From Syncephalis fuscata S228 (Eukaryota; Fungi; Zoopagomycota), in assembly GCA_025786725.1 (NCBI GenBank), contig JAHLTZ010000046.1, forward strand, positions 62,001 to 126,000: a stretch of 64,000 nt of DNA, given 5' to 3'. The position numbers and the translations under genes are program-made. Positions 44,001-57,860 of the stretch are shown here, one piece after another (position 1 is the first letter of the stretch; each line of letters opens with the position of its first letter). A model generated the notes under the pieces. It was not told the origin of the DNA, searched no databases, and was given only the letters and a program-made list of their open reading frames with translations.

Positions 44001-44510
44001 GATTGAGGCAAGCTTTAAACTAATTGATCTCGAGGCAAATACCGCACTGGTAGAAAGCTATGTTCAACAAGCACCGACACCTACAATGATTGGTTTCCAA
44101 CGAGTACTTGAACTAAAGGTAACTTGCAGCTATTCTATAGATATTGCCATACTAACGATAACCATAATGTGTTCCATACTATTGACTATTTATAGGGTCT
44201 AAGTCGAGTAGAACAACAACCATTATTGGAATACTATCGTAAACAATATAGTCCACAAGAGTCACCGCCCACTATTGCTACACCCCCCACATCCACTAGT
44301 CATCCATTATCTAGTTCACCGCTTAGAGATAGTGTTCTATCAGCCACATCACCTATACAGATCACTACATCGCCTAATACGTCTATTACCGCCATGAGTA
44401 CAAGTCCTTCATCGAGATACAATAAATTCCGTCGATTAGTTGCGGGTATGTCAATGAAACGAGATCCCACTTCAGATAGAAGCGGAGATGAAAGTGGCAG
44501 TGGATTGTAA
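41004..44510 (+). CDS. VPS53: GARP/EARP subunit VPS53
   Basis: DFDLYEQLNLLFP, EMTKDVKQLDTAKKNLTETMTVLKRLQML, RRYTWLKRLL, SISKAFEPFL, LASSSDL, VINTADYC. Confidence 0.9.
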
Positions 44511-44610
44511 GAGAAGAGAAGAGAAGAGGGTTGACATTATAGGAATAAAATTAAACATCAATATATTATTATTGTTATATAATAGTCATCGCTATGAAAA
44601 TAGAGTGTTT

Positions 44611-46300
44611 CTACAGCAAATAAGGACGTTTAGAAGCAATAAACGCATCGAGTGCATCCCAGAACTCGCCAACTACCACTTGATCCGTGTGTCGTTTATA
44701 TTTGTGTACCTAGTAATAGTTATTAATAAATAGATGAAGATAGTTGTCTAGTATCTGTTGTATAGTTACCTCTAATATTGTAACATTCCAGCGTTGTACT
44801 GTATCCTTTGTTGGTTCATCGGCATATTTCAAGTAGTATCCTTTAACTATATTATAGTGTATTAATATAACGTATTATTTAGTTAATAGTCATTTACCAT
44901 TATTAAAAATGTCCAAAGGTGTTTGCCATACCCAATTCTTGAATTGCCATTCTGCACCAGTGGTAAATACGGCCACCACTCGTTTCCTATTACAATATAG
45001 TATATTACATTATATTGCTATTGTTAGTATATACTATTTGATATAGTCTATACGATAATTACCAATCATCTGGTCGAAGTTTATCTACTGAATCAATTAC
45101 TTGATATACTGATGTGGTATCGGATCCTTCACTGCGTCGTTCAATATTGATCAGTGTTGGTCGAGCAGTGCTTTGTTCTCGAGCATTACGAGAATCGATA
45201 AAACTTATTATAGTGTTATTAATGCTAAACAATACTATTTTATTATATTTACCTTTTATCTTCTAAAAACTGCTTAACATTGTAAAGATTTACCATTGAA
45301 GTGGCGGCAGCTGGTACAATAATAATTGGAATACGAGCACCTAGTAACAATATATATGCTATAGGTTAACCAACAACAATAGCTGTGCCAGTATCTATTC
45401 ATTACCTTTGGGTCGTGAATGACTAGAAGATCCACTGCTTGATTTACCTAATACAATAATAATCAATATTAATTAATACTTGTAATTAATAACTTACTTT
45501 TACTAGATGTTGCATCTTTTGATGTTGATGGTGTCGTTTTACTCTTATTTGATTGTTGTGTTAATAGATCACGTACGTGTTTATATATTTCATCAAATGA
45601 CTATTATAATGATGCTGATGATTAGATGGCTTGTTAATAATAGAGACTATTACTTACTCTATTACTACAAATAAGCGCGTCTCTAGATAAAGCAATCTGT
45701 TCATGATCTGTAACTGCTTTAGCATTAGCAATATCCTAATATACATATTTAGTATTGGAATAATAAAAGTATTAATAATCTACCGTTTCACTGAATATTT
45801 GAGCCTGGTCTGCTTCGGTTCTTGCTCGTTTTTCGGCATGTAGACCTGCTGCTGCACTAACCACGTCTAATGGTTGGCGTTTTGCACCTAATATAATATA
45901 GTATGCATATATTAATTGATTAATTTAAATAGTGCACTTAACATCTACTAAACTACTTACTTGACGTATCTTGTGATGTAGATAGCATGCCTAGCAGTTT
46001 ATTACGGTCCATCACAGTTACCGTAGGAATTTCGGCACCAACACCAGATTTCAAGTAGGCCAAATAGTTTTCATCGCGATGATCTACCATAAGCAATAGC
46101 GTTTCGATTGTATAATACTCTTCGGTACCGCTCTTCTTCAATATTGTTTTCTGGGTCTTTGGTAGTTTCAGCTCGCCAAACACGACGGTCTGCGCGTCAG
46201 CTAGTCCTTGCACAGCCGTGCCCGCGGCATCCACCAACTGGACACTATCCTTGTTTGTAGCATATTGCTGCAATAGAGGGATAGGGTCGAATTCATCCAT
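44611..46300 (-). CDS. CDC73: PAF1 complex subunit CDC73/parafibromin
   Basis: MDEFDPIPLLQQY, PIIIVPAAATSMVNLYNVKQFL, RVVAVFTTGAEWQFKNW, KRHTDQVVVGEFW. Confidence 0.92.
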
Positions 46301-46803
46301 CTCTGCACTATAACTATTAGTATTGCTACGGTGGCAGCTATTTGTATGTGCGTGTGTATGTCCAAGTAAATGAAAGTTAGATCGCGTGTTCAATATATGC
46401 GTACTATTGGTTGTTGAATGCAAATAGGCGTTGTTGTTGTATTCATGTTATCGTATTAATTTGTGTGGTTTTTGTTTTTTTGTTCTTTCTCTTTCCTTTA
46501 CACATTGTCCGCCGACGACTTGTAGGATCGTGTGTGTCTATATACATCTAGTAAGTGTCTAGCTAGAGTTGGATCGAGATGCAGGCCGTGTATAGACGCT
46601 CCTCGCTTGGTGGTGTGCTGGCTATTGTGGGCAGCTGGCGCCCACGACGAGATATGGCTATAGCGACTACGGCATGGGCACATGCATATAGCCACTACCC
46701 TTTTGACAAAGCTCCGCTGACCACTGTACGTCCATTGTTGGCCGTTCAGAGTGCTTGGATTCACGTTTCGAGAGTATCTGCCGCGAAAGCCGTCCGTAAG
46801 AAA

Positions 46804-48544
46804 ATGCCTCCCAAGAAAGCTATCAAGGAAGAGAAGGTGATGCTGGGTCGTCCCTCGAACAATCTTAAGATCGGTGTCGTAGGTCTTCCTAATGTTGGGT
46901 AAATACTACTATTACTACTAAGTAAAACTTGTATAATGTATTAATATAAACATTAAAATAGTAAATCAACCTTCTTTAATGCTATTACCAATAGCGCTGC
47001 TGCTGCCGAAAACTATCCTTTCTGTACCATTGGTAAGTAGTTTATTCATTCTATTGATTGATGTGTATATACATGGCATATAGTATATTAATGTCTTTTA
47101 TAATATGTAGATCCGGAAGAGTCACGTGTAGCAGTGCCAGATCCACGATTCGACTGGCTTTGCGAGCACTACAAGCCAGCATCCAAGGTACCCGCCTACT
47201 TGACAGTCATTGATATTGCTGGTCTGGTAAAAGGTGCTGCCGGTGGTGCCGGTCTTGGTAATGCCTTCTTGAGTCATATTCGAGCAGTCGATGGCATTTT
47301 CCACGTCATTCGTATCCTTTTGTTTAGTTTACATGCTAGATTTATTCATTGTCTATGTTGATTACATTGTTTATCTTGTCACTTCTTATAGGCGCTTTTT
47401 CGGATGAAGATGTTATTCACGTCGAGGGTGAGCTTGATCCAATTCGTGATTTGGCCATTATCCACGAAGAACTTCGTTTGAAGGACTTGGAGTTTCTTGA
47501 GAAACAAGTGGCCAACTTGGAAAAGGCCACCTACAGTCTAGGTGCCAACTGCAGTGTGGCTGATAAAGCCAAGAAAGAGGAATTGGCAAGTGTATAGCGA
47601 TGTAATAGTTATAGCAGTCTATTAACAAGTAGATATAGGTTGTTGTACGCAAACTGCTTGCTCATGTAAAGGATGAGGAAAAGGATGTCCGCAAGGGCAC
47701 CTGGAGCAACAAAGAGGTAAATTAATATAATATATCATAATAGCCATTATTTATATATTGCTTCAATAGGTTGAAATCATTAATACGCTCCATCTTATTA
47801 CGGCCAAGCCAGTTATTTATTTGATCAATCTTAGCGAAAAGGATTACATTCGCAAGAAGAACAAGTGGTAAGTTGTATTAATTAATTAATTATCAATAAA
47901 TCCAATATATTAATAATTAATCGTATATTTTATCAGGCTACCAAAGATTAAGGCATGGATTGATGAGAACAATCCCGGTGACTTGGCTATTCCATTCTGC
48001 AGTACTATGGAATACGAGGTAAATACTATAGTATACTTGTAACTTTTACACACTAACTAATAATATTATCGTTATTGTGCAATAGCTTTCTCAATTGCCA
48101 GCAGAAGAACGTAAAACGCGTGAAACTGAATTAGGCACAGCATCTATCTTGCCCAAGATTATTGTGTCTGGCTATCAGTCACTCCAATTGTGTTACTTCT
48201 TCACTGGTGGTGCCGATGAAGTCCGTGCTTGGACGGTTCGTCGCAACTCCAAGGCACCACAAGCGGCCGGTGTTATTCACACCGACTTTGAACGTGGCTT
48301 TATTATGGCTGAAGTAATGAAGTATGATGATTTGAAGGAACTCGGCACGTAAGTTATAAATGAATACTATCTATTAATTCAATATTAATACAAATAATAC
48401 ACCCATCATCATTATTATTATTATAGTGAGGCTGCCGTAAAGGCTGGTGGCAAGTATTTGCAAAAGGGCCGTGACTATGTTGTCGATGATGGCGATATTA
48501 TCTACTTCAAATTCAACGTTACCGCTGCTCCAAAGAAGAAATAA
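46804..48544 (+). CDS. OLA1: Obg-like ATPase 1 (YchF); possible upstream in-frame start at 46579
   Basis: [65 protein letters not shown]. Confidence 0.97.
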
Positions 48545-48616
48545 ATTGATTACTAACGTGTGATATTTACACAAATTACGTAATTTTGCTTTATAAATCG
48601 TCTTAATGTGCATTAT

Positions 48617-49679
48617 TCAATATTGTTTGGGAAAGAGACGAATAAACATAAATGTAAATACAAATACGAGACAGACAACTAATAGAACTGTCCAAGTAAA
48701 CACAGTTGTTTTACTGGCTTGTTTGCGGAATGAACCCAAACGATGTCCTTCTCGTCCCAGTCGATCTATACTAGTGGTCATGGTAGATTGCATATCAGAT
48801 ACCACCTACATCAAAAGTAGTATTAATAGCCGGTAAAGTAATAAATAACGCTAATTACCTGCTGATCTTTACGTAGAATATCGCCAAATGATGATACATT
48901 ACTTTTTAGTACTTTGGCTAAACGAACCATATCATCAGTGAGTTCACTGTGAATGGCTCTATCTCTTCTTAAAACACTTTCAAAATCCTCATTCGATGTA
49001 TTCATAGTAGAAGAACGACTACTAAACCTATTATCCATTATTATAATCAACGGTTATTAATCCCATGATTGTAAACTATTGTAACGTACAATTCTTTACG
49101 TAAATCACTGTTACTTTTACCTAATTATCTTTTTATTAATATCAATTATAATATATTAAATAATGACTTACGTGTATCGATTTCATCGGTACTTGTCTTA
49201 TTATCATTGCGTTGCTATCATTTTAAACTTAATACCATCATTATATTAATTATTAACCATTTACCTGTAAAAGTGCTTCTTTCATAACCATTTCTGCTCG
49301 ACGTCGTAGTCGTAATTCCTGCATACTTTCTTGTAATCGCTCTTTATCCTGTTGTTGAACAAATGTTAAAGAGCGATTTTGTGATAATGAATGATCAATA
49401 GGTGATGCCTTGTTATTATAATTATTGTTATTATCTAGCTATTAATTAATTTAATAGATTGCTTGCTTACAAGTTTAGCATCGTCAATCACTCGCGAAAG
49501 ACGCTGAATCGATTGTGTATAGTCACTAAGTACTGCTTTATCATATTGACTATACTGCTTTAGTAATACACTATATATAATAAACTAAATAACATACCAT
49601 GAATCCCTATTTTCCTTCCATTCATCTAAAGTTGTTTTTAAAGATCGCAGGTTCTATAACATATAAGCGGTCATATTAA

Positions 49680-49718
<39 letters not shown>

Positions 49719-49875
49719 ACTTTCTACTTACTGTGGCTAATTTGGCCGTTTCTGGTGTAATACACAAGGCATTAGTGTCATTACGTGACAATAGATCCTC
49801 TGTTCTGGCTAGTAGTCGTCGAAAGTCAACCTCCTCTCTAGAAGGTGATGTAGTTAATGTGGCTACCGGTAACAT
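48617..49875 (-). CDS. USE1: ER SNARE USE1/Slt1
   Basis: EVDFRRLL, HSELTDDMVRLAKVLK..FGDILRKD, C-terminal TM VLLVVCLVFVFTFMFIRLFPK. Confidence 0.85.
49687..49715. repeat. (TA)n microsatellite in a USE1 intron
   Basis: About 14 TA units. Confidence 0.9.
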
Positions 49876-50257
49876 ATTATAAAAGACAAGACTATTGTTA
49901 TTGAAAAGAAGTGTTTAAAACAGTATTTGAATATAAATGACTGATTTACTAACTAATGGGTGAAAAAACAACTATAATAATAGAACGTGTAAACAGATCA
50001 TATTCTATTAATCATTAAATTTAATAGAATAAAAAACTACCTTTAGTTTAATCAATAACTAATTATTGTAGTGGATGATTAGCTCTTTACTGGCAAATAA
50101 AAGACAGTGATGCAATGGTAGTTAAGTAGTAAAGAAAAGGAAAGTAGTGAGAGTGAGTTTGTAGGACATTCTTATTTTCAAAAAAAGGTATTTTTTCAAT
50201 CGAGAATATAGCAAACATGGTCGCGACTGTTAAACAACATACAAACGCATACACATA

Positions 50258-51926
50258 TTACTTGTCCAATGGACGGCCACCATGACCGCCATGACCACCA
50301 CGGCCGCCTCGACCACCACGGCCGCCACCACGGCCACTGCCAAAGCCACCTGATGTATTACGATCAAATCCGCCGCTGTGGCCACCTTCACGACGATCAA
50401 ATCCGCCGCGGAATCCACCGCGTCCACGTCCACCCGTCGGTGTAAATCGACGACGTTCTTCGATTGTAAAGGAAGTACCGCGCAATTCAAAACTATTGCG
50501 TGTAATAGCTGTCTTGGCCAATTCAACATTGGCAAACTCAACAAAGGCACAATTCTAAATAATAAGTCATTTACACTAACATAAATATTAATTCGTTAAT
50601 TATTATTTTACTCACCTTGGCTGAAATGTGATCAATGGTTTTTACGGGTCCAATGCTTTCAGTCAAAAAAGTCTTTAAAGTATCGGTATTAATACGTTCT
50701 GAAATGCCTTTTACGTAAACAACTGCTGCTTCGTCTATTCAATGCCATTAGAATAACAATAATATATATATATATTAATCATTTATAAACTTACCACGCG
50801 ATGGGAATCGGTTACGTGGACCACCATGAGCATGTGGTGGCGGCGTTGATGTTGGCTGAGCATTACCGGCTGATGTAGTCGCTGCCGTTGTCGTCGTTGT
50901 TGGTGCAGTGGTAGAGCTAGCAGTGCTAGCAGCCGCTGTTGAGCCAGTACCTTTGTTAGCAGGCATAACTACTGATGTACCGCGTATTTCAGATGCTTGA
51001 GTGCCCCATCGAGTTGAGTTAACAGCTGCCAAATTGGCCCATGATTTGACTGTTGACTGCGGTGTAGATGCAGTGGGTGTCTCTACCTTTGCCGTAGTGG
51101 CTGGAGCAGCTGGAGCAGATGATGCACGATTAACAGCTGCCTTACCACTATCTATTACTGCCTCGGGTTGGACAGCCGGTGTCGTTGACTTGACACCATT
51201 AGGCTTTGTTTGTTCCGGAGCAGCTGCTGCACGTGGAGCTGATTCAGGTTTTTTAGCTGGTACAGCCACTACTGGCTCTGCTACAGGTGCCTCGACCACT
51301 GCTACCTCAACTGGTGCGGGTGCGGGTGATGCAACAACCTCCACCGGTTCAATAGCCGCAACAGTCTCTTCTACTGGTGCCGCTACATTCAGTGTGACCG
51401 CTGATTCATCCGACAACTCATATTCTGCACCAACATCATCTTTCAAGAATCGAAAGATATCATTAAGCACAAAATAGCCGTTGGGCTGTTCAGCCAAAAA
51501 GAATGTTTGGGCAAACTTTTGCGAAGGACCTTCTTTGTTGCACATCTCACCAAGTACTTGAATAATAATACCGCCATCGAGAGAAGCCACACTATCCACA
51601 TTGGAGACTAAGACGTGACAGTCATCAAAACCAAGTTCAATAATTTTATCGTGGATTTCCTATCCATTGATATTGGCGTGTCAATACAGCAGCGCTAGAT
51701 GTTGGCCATTTCCTACCTTCTGGCCCTTATACGTATTGACCGGTTCACCTTCATGGCCATGAATCATTTTAGACTTTTTGTTATAAAAACAATGGAGACG
51801 CGACGGTTCCTTATTCAAGAATGTATAGTACTGTTGAACAAACATCCAGCCAATCTCGTATGCTTCCGCTGTAGGCGAAGTAGATTGCGTGCCAGTGGCA
51901 GCAGCATTGGGTGCAGTAGAAGCCAT
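50258..51926 (-). CDS. G3BP/Bre5/Nxt3-like protein (NTF2, RRM, RGG)
   Basis: EIGWMFVQQYYTFLNKEPSRLHCFY, IIIQVLGEM..KFAQTFFLAEQPNGYFVLNDIFR, RRM CAFVEF, RGG tail. Confidence 0.92.
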
Positions 51927-52559
51927 CAGCAAATCAATAATACCTGGCACGACTTAATAATAACAAATTTGTATTCGTTGTAATCGTTATATAGATAGTT
52001 ATATGGTTATATAGTTAGTATACTGCAAATAGCTATAGATATTTATAAAGCTTGTCTAGCATAACATTAATATACATGGTCATAATCTATGATCTATAGA
52101 CGCTAGCTAGATGGGACAGACATATGCACGTTTAAATAATAGCCAGGGTCATGATCTGACTGACATATCCCATATTTGACCTTCAACTCATCTAGATCAC
52201 TGTCAACTTACTGGTTAGCAGTATATGTCCCTAAGACAGTGTAGTTAATTTAAGTGTAATTAGATACACTCACGCACTCCCAAGCGAGAGGGAAAAGAAT
52301 GGGACAATAATGACCAGTATTTGGAGAAGAGAGAGTAAGTAGTAGTGACAATAGTAGTAAATGAACTGTTGTGTGTGTGTGTTAAGAAAAGAGAAGAGCA
52401 AACGCGTAACAGGTCTGTTATCACGTGTTTATAGATACCAAGAATGATGATAGATTCGTTTATTGATTCATTGTGTTAATTCAATAACAATACACTTGGA
52501 ATAAATGATTGTTCTAATGGTAGCAAGTGTAATAATAATATTGATGTGGATTGTAATAG

Positions 52560-54089
52560 TTACTGTCTACGTTGGTATGGTGTAAATCTTTGACGTGGTT
52601 GTTTATGTTGACCATTAGACCGCTAATTGTTATATAATCAATATAGTGTTGTACTAGAATGATGTATCTACTACTTACCATGGCTGTACGATGGGCTGTT
52701 GTTGTATCAATGTTGCTATTATTAGCTGTATTATTAGATGACCAGCTACAAAGCTTTCCATCTTCTCCTCCAGATACTAGATAATTGGACTATATTCACT
52801 TATTAGTAGCTAATTAAGTAGCCTATTTGTTATTTGTACCTTGGGTTGCCAGTAACTGCCTCGAATAATCTCAGAATGACCACCGCTCATGAATGAAGTA
52901 CAGTGCTGTAATTCATTCAAATTAACATGGTGGATATGTAGTGCACCTCTATTATAGTGTTAATAATCGATTTATCCTGTATATAGTAAACTTACTCATT
53001 GGATCCAGATAGCATGAATAGTCGCTGACTACTGGCATCGTATTGGCAGTTAATAGCATAGTCAATTGTAGTTGTATCCGTGGATGCACGGCGAATATCA
53101 CCAAATAGACAGAGTGGATCCATCTATATCAATCATTAATATAATGTTATACACTATACTATGGCCGTATTACTTACTCCTTCACCTTTCCATAGCGAAA
53201 GTGTTTCCATATGACTTAGACAGTAGATATATTCAAAGGATGGACCAAAAAAGTCGGCACGATGAATGGATGATTCAGTGTTGGCAGAGGCAATAAGCAC
53301 ATCATCCTCTTCTTGTTCTTGTAAATCGTAGATATTTAACATGCCATCCATCGATGCAGTCAATAAATACTGTGCGTTATCTGGATGGAAGTGCACCTAT
53401 AGCAAGATTAGATATATGGATATGTATAGGGTTAATAAATAAATTGTTACTTACCTGAGTAACTGAATCACTATGCGCTTCACTAAATTGTTTAACTAGA
53501 CTATTGGAACGCATATCCCTTAAGGCGAGTTAGTTATGTACTAAAACCAGTATTATTGATATAATAGAATTACCAGAAAAGCACATAGGCATCATATTCT
53601 ACTAGATCTGTACCAGCAGCAATAATGGTATCTGCTTGATCAAGGGCTAACATAGGAGTACAAATATTGCCTATGTAATTGATCGTAACATTAAATTAAA
53701 TATTAATTTCTAGACGTGTATTTACTTACTTTGATAGCTTTGGCTAGGCATTTTAGTGTTTTGACGAAAATCCCATAGTGCTACGAGACCATCTTCGCCG
53801 CAAGATAGCAATAAATGGTCAGTACCTTGTACACGCTGCATCCCTCGAATGGTATTTTGATGGCCCACAGTCGAGCCATCGGTGTAAGGTGGTTTTTGTC
53901 GTAAATACGTATATCATGGTCGGCTGAAGTAGTGACGGCCAGTGTCTGTTCTCCCATATCGTGTATATCATAAATATACGCCGGTTCACCAGTGGTAGCG
54001 GCTATCGTGCAGCTATGCTGTAGTGGATAAGGCGTATTCGCCAGTAATTCCGGTGCATGACCAACCTGGAATGTTGGACCTGTCGTCAT
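52560..54089 (-). CDS. WDR89: WD40 protein WDR89-like; one apparent 1-nt deletion at about 53868
   Basis: IIAAGTDL, FSEAHSDSVTQ/VHFHP..LLTASMDG, IYCLSHMETLSLW, GHSEIIR, LVSGGEDG, terminal RFTPY. Confidence 0.8.
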
Positions 54090-54708
54090 GATGGCAATAA
54101 AGAAAGAAAAAGCAAATATTATTTTTCAAATGGATCTGATTTGATTGATATTCGTTGAATTTGAATCAAATTTCAACGTCACTCCACTCTCTTGTTCTAC
54201 ATTTCAACAATCTATTTGCATTATTTTTCATTATATATATATAGATTGTCGTGGTAAATTAAATTACTATTATTTATTGTTTATAGTAAAGTATTATTAA
54301 GTAAATAGCAGCATTTATAGCAACCATATTTTTAATATAAAACAACAGTAGTTTTTAAATAGTTAAATATAATGGAAATTGTGATTGTCAGGTCGTTACT
54401 AATATGTCATATATTGCATATGCACAGTGCTCTATGTAGTTTAATACAAAGGATAAGTGGTTTATATAAACAATACACTATGTACTAATAAACAGAAAAA
54501 TCTATCAGACATATCCAAATATACGAAATCCATATAACGGATTGTTCCACAGCTTGCGTTTATGCAATATTTGTTGCTTTCTGTTTAAATCATGCTAGCT
54601 GACACTTTACAAATGAATAGTCATATCCATTAGTAGTTAATGACTAAATAAATGATTCATAGAATATATTGTATAACTGTAATAATTAGACCATGGCATG
54701 ACATGGCT

Positions 54709-55920
54709 TTATTTAATCGACTGTTGGCGAGAAGGCCAGTTTAGAGTATTAATCAACTGCATTCTTTCCAATGAATACATAATGGCCTTGTCTGCTTTCT
54801 TCAAACAATCGGCTGGCTCTAGGTAGTGAAGTGTAAAATAAACCCAATGCGAACTGTATAAAACTTCTCTTTTTTCTTTATATTCGGCATCTTTAAGTTT
54901 GCAAAGTACTTCGATTTTTACATCAGTAGGAGCAAGCTGAAGAAATGTTTCTAAAGTAGCCTCATTTACAGAGAAACGCACTATATTCATTTCTTCATTG
55001 TTAAATTCTCTTTTTGTTGAAATGGCATTATTAAAGTTGAAAAACCGTGGTATATATCCACCATTGCTTGTCTTGATGATGCAAATATCTAGCAATACAA
55101 TTAATATGAACATCGATAATAAATACCATACTTACCATTAAAATCCATCTGAGCATACCATCCCGCTTTTTCTATAGCATTTAAACCTAATAATAGTCTA
55201 ATATACATATATTACGTAAACAACAAATGCCTGTACCTAATCCAATCTTCCGCCATAGACTCAACACTATTTTCATATCACTTTGAATTTAAATTAATTG
55301 GAATGTTAGAATGGTATATATTATATAAAAACAATGTTATTAGCTTTCCATACCTGGGAGGACTTTCAGTAAATTCTTTATATGTTTGCTCACATTGGCC
55401 TGGTAAAATATAACACGTATTTTGTCCAGGCATTATGAAACTTCTTCTAGACATAACAACCGAAAACCTGTCGTTTTTAAATAATCCGGGATTTGCCATT
55501 ATATCCTGTCGATGATGATACTTGTGAGTTTTTATATATTACTTTTATATAAAACTTGCTTTATACACATAAAAAGCGGGATTGCGTGGATTTGAATCCA
55601 GCCCACACGCAAGTGTAATGAGATTTCCATGCTGCTTTCCTTTGATATAGTGTACATCATTATTTTTGTACGGCGTTTCGGTAAACTGGATACTATGCAT
55701 TGTAAATGGACTCTCTGGATCATTGTTTTTAAAGCCCATAAATTCTACATAAATAGTAGTTTTAGTAAATAACACGAATAAACCGGAGTGAATGCTTACC
55801 AATGGACTCGGACTTCAACGCTCCTAATATGTTATTGGCAGGCGTGGCTTGAGTAACCGATGCTAGCATAAATGCAGTAGCGGCAATGGCGAGGATGGAT
55901 TTCATCATAAACATGACCAT
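54709..55920 (-). CDS. Secreted degenerate protein-kinase-fold protein (pseudokinase), 6 exons
   Basis: Signal peptide MKSILAIAATAFMLASVTQA. Spliced KIVLSLWRKIGLGLNAIEKAGWYAQMDFNDICIIKTSNGGYIPRFFNFNNA follows kinase subdomain VIa-VII spacing without HRD/DFG. Confidence 0.55.
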
Positions 55921-56859
55921 GCTAAGATTTAGTCGTCAAATAAAAGTTTGTAGTTTTCATTGAACTAGTACGTAAAAAAAGATTAATAGTGGTATAAAAT
56001 AAATCCGCTAGCAAATGTAGATATTTATAACGAATTACATCGTGCAATAGTCGACATCTTTACTATGAGGCTAGACAAGTACAGTATACACGTTTTTGAG
56101 TAAGAAATCACGGAAAGAGCACATGGAATAAGCCAAAAGTGGCTAATTTCCGTTATTTCAATACAGGATGTAAAAATGCAAATGTTTAAAGCAACATTTT
56201 TATTTCTGTCTATATATATATTAAATTGTACAAAATAGACAACACGTGGTTTATTGTGGCGTTATCATCTTCGTATGACTATTATTTTTTGCAATCATAG
56301 ATGTCCAAAAATCAAATAAATTTAAGCATTGCTAAAGATTGGGCCACAACATTAATCTGTTTATATAAACTATAACATATAGTCAAATATTTGTATTACT
56401 AAAGACATGAATATAATAAAAAGGACTACTTTTAAATCTATAATTAAATAGCAATTTTATTATAAATAGACAAATAAATGGCATAACAGCAGTTCAATTG
56501 CTTAATCCGAATGGTTTATTTTAATGGTGCTGTAATTATATTAAACATTATTAATCACGCAATAGCATTATGCCAATTATCTTATCGAAAATTTTTTAAA
56601 AATATTAGTGTTATGTAAGGAAACAGTAGTTGTTTTCGAGTATTTAAATTCAATGGCTACTAGAATGTTCAAGCCATTAAAGATCATTGTACATCGATTA
56701 AGCATTGCGCTTCGACACTTTGACACAGAAATGAATGGAATCACAAAGGAACAATGTAAAAGATGCAACTGTTTGTTTATCCAGAATGTATTAGATGGTA
56801 TCGCCATATTGAATTTAGTATTTGCTAGTTATGATGATTATGCGCTATTGGCAGCATAT

Positions 56860-57420
56860 AAAACGTTGAAGGATAAAGATAATCAAATACATTGAAATAC
56901 ACTAATTTATACAACAAATTGTATAGAAATTTGCTCTTATAAAGTACTGAGTGTGCTGTTTAAATCATGCTAAATGGCATTTACAATAGCCATGAAATAG
57001 TATACTTGATAAGCAAATAATCAACATTAGCACATTACATAGCCGTAGCGATTGAAGCATAGCATGTCATTGCTTATTTAAACACATATTAACTATTTGT
57101 AAAACTCAATATTCTTCATCTAAAGACAATAACAAATTGTTGAGTAACTTTAGCAGGCCAGGGTTGTACTTTCTATGAAGTTAGTACGTGAGAAGAAAAA
57201 GTATGATGTGATGATTAGACAAATAAATCTACCGAAAATGCAGATATTTATAGCAAAACACATCATGCAATAGCCGATGTATTTAAGATTGGACAAACAT
57301 AGAATACATGTTTCTGAGTGAAAAATGTGAAACGAGCACATAGAATAAACTATAAACAGCTAATTTCCGCATCTCAATACAGACTCTGAATTACATATAT
57401 TTTAAAGTAGCATTCTCGTT
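56860..57420 (-). pseudogene. Ghost paralog of the 54709-55920 gene: promoter and 3' flank retained, CDS deleted
   Basis: 57160-57420 resembles 55940-56200 (shared TATAAATATCT, GAGCACAT.GAATAA, GCTAATTTCCG..TCAATACAG). 56860-57085 resembles 54450-54715 (CTGTTTAAATCATGCTA). Confidence 0.6.
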
Positions 57421-57860
57421 TTATTTTTTGCATATTGAGCAATAAAGCGAGCAAAATAACGACCCATTATAGTAATAAAAATTTAGATGGCCCTTTTCTT
57501 TAAATGCTAATATTCAAAGAAAATTGTAGACTTGTTTTTAAATACTGTGAAAAAGAAGCATCTTTTGTTAGTATTAACTAGGACTAAAAATGTCTTAAGT
57601 TTAAACACAAATTCAGCAATACATATTACAATTAACCAATGATTTAGTGGCTGTTTAGAACAAAACAAGCTATTACATGCTATTTATGCATTCCAATATA
57701 TATAGTCGTATTATCGATACATTATTAATATTTAATTCACCAACTGATAGCTCGACTGTCTAGCTTGAATAATCAGTGTAAACGCTATGTTTAGTGAATT
57801 ATAAATAAATACCATTCTTGTGAAATACCCTCGTCCTATGTCCTGCCTTTTTCTATTCAC

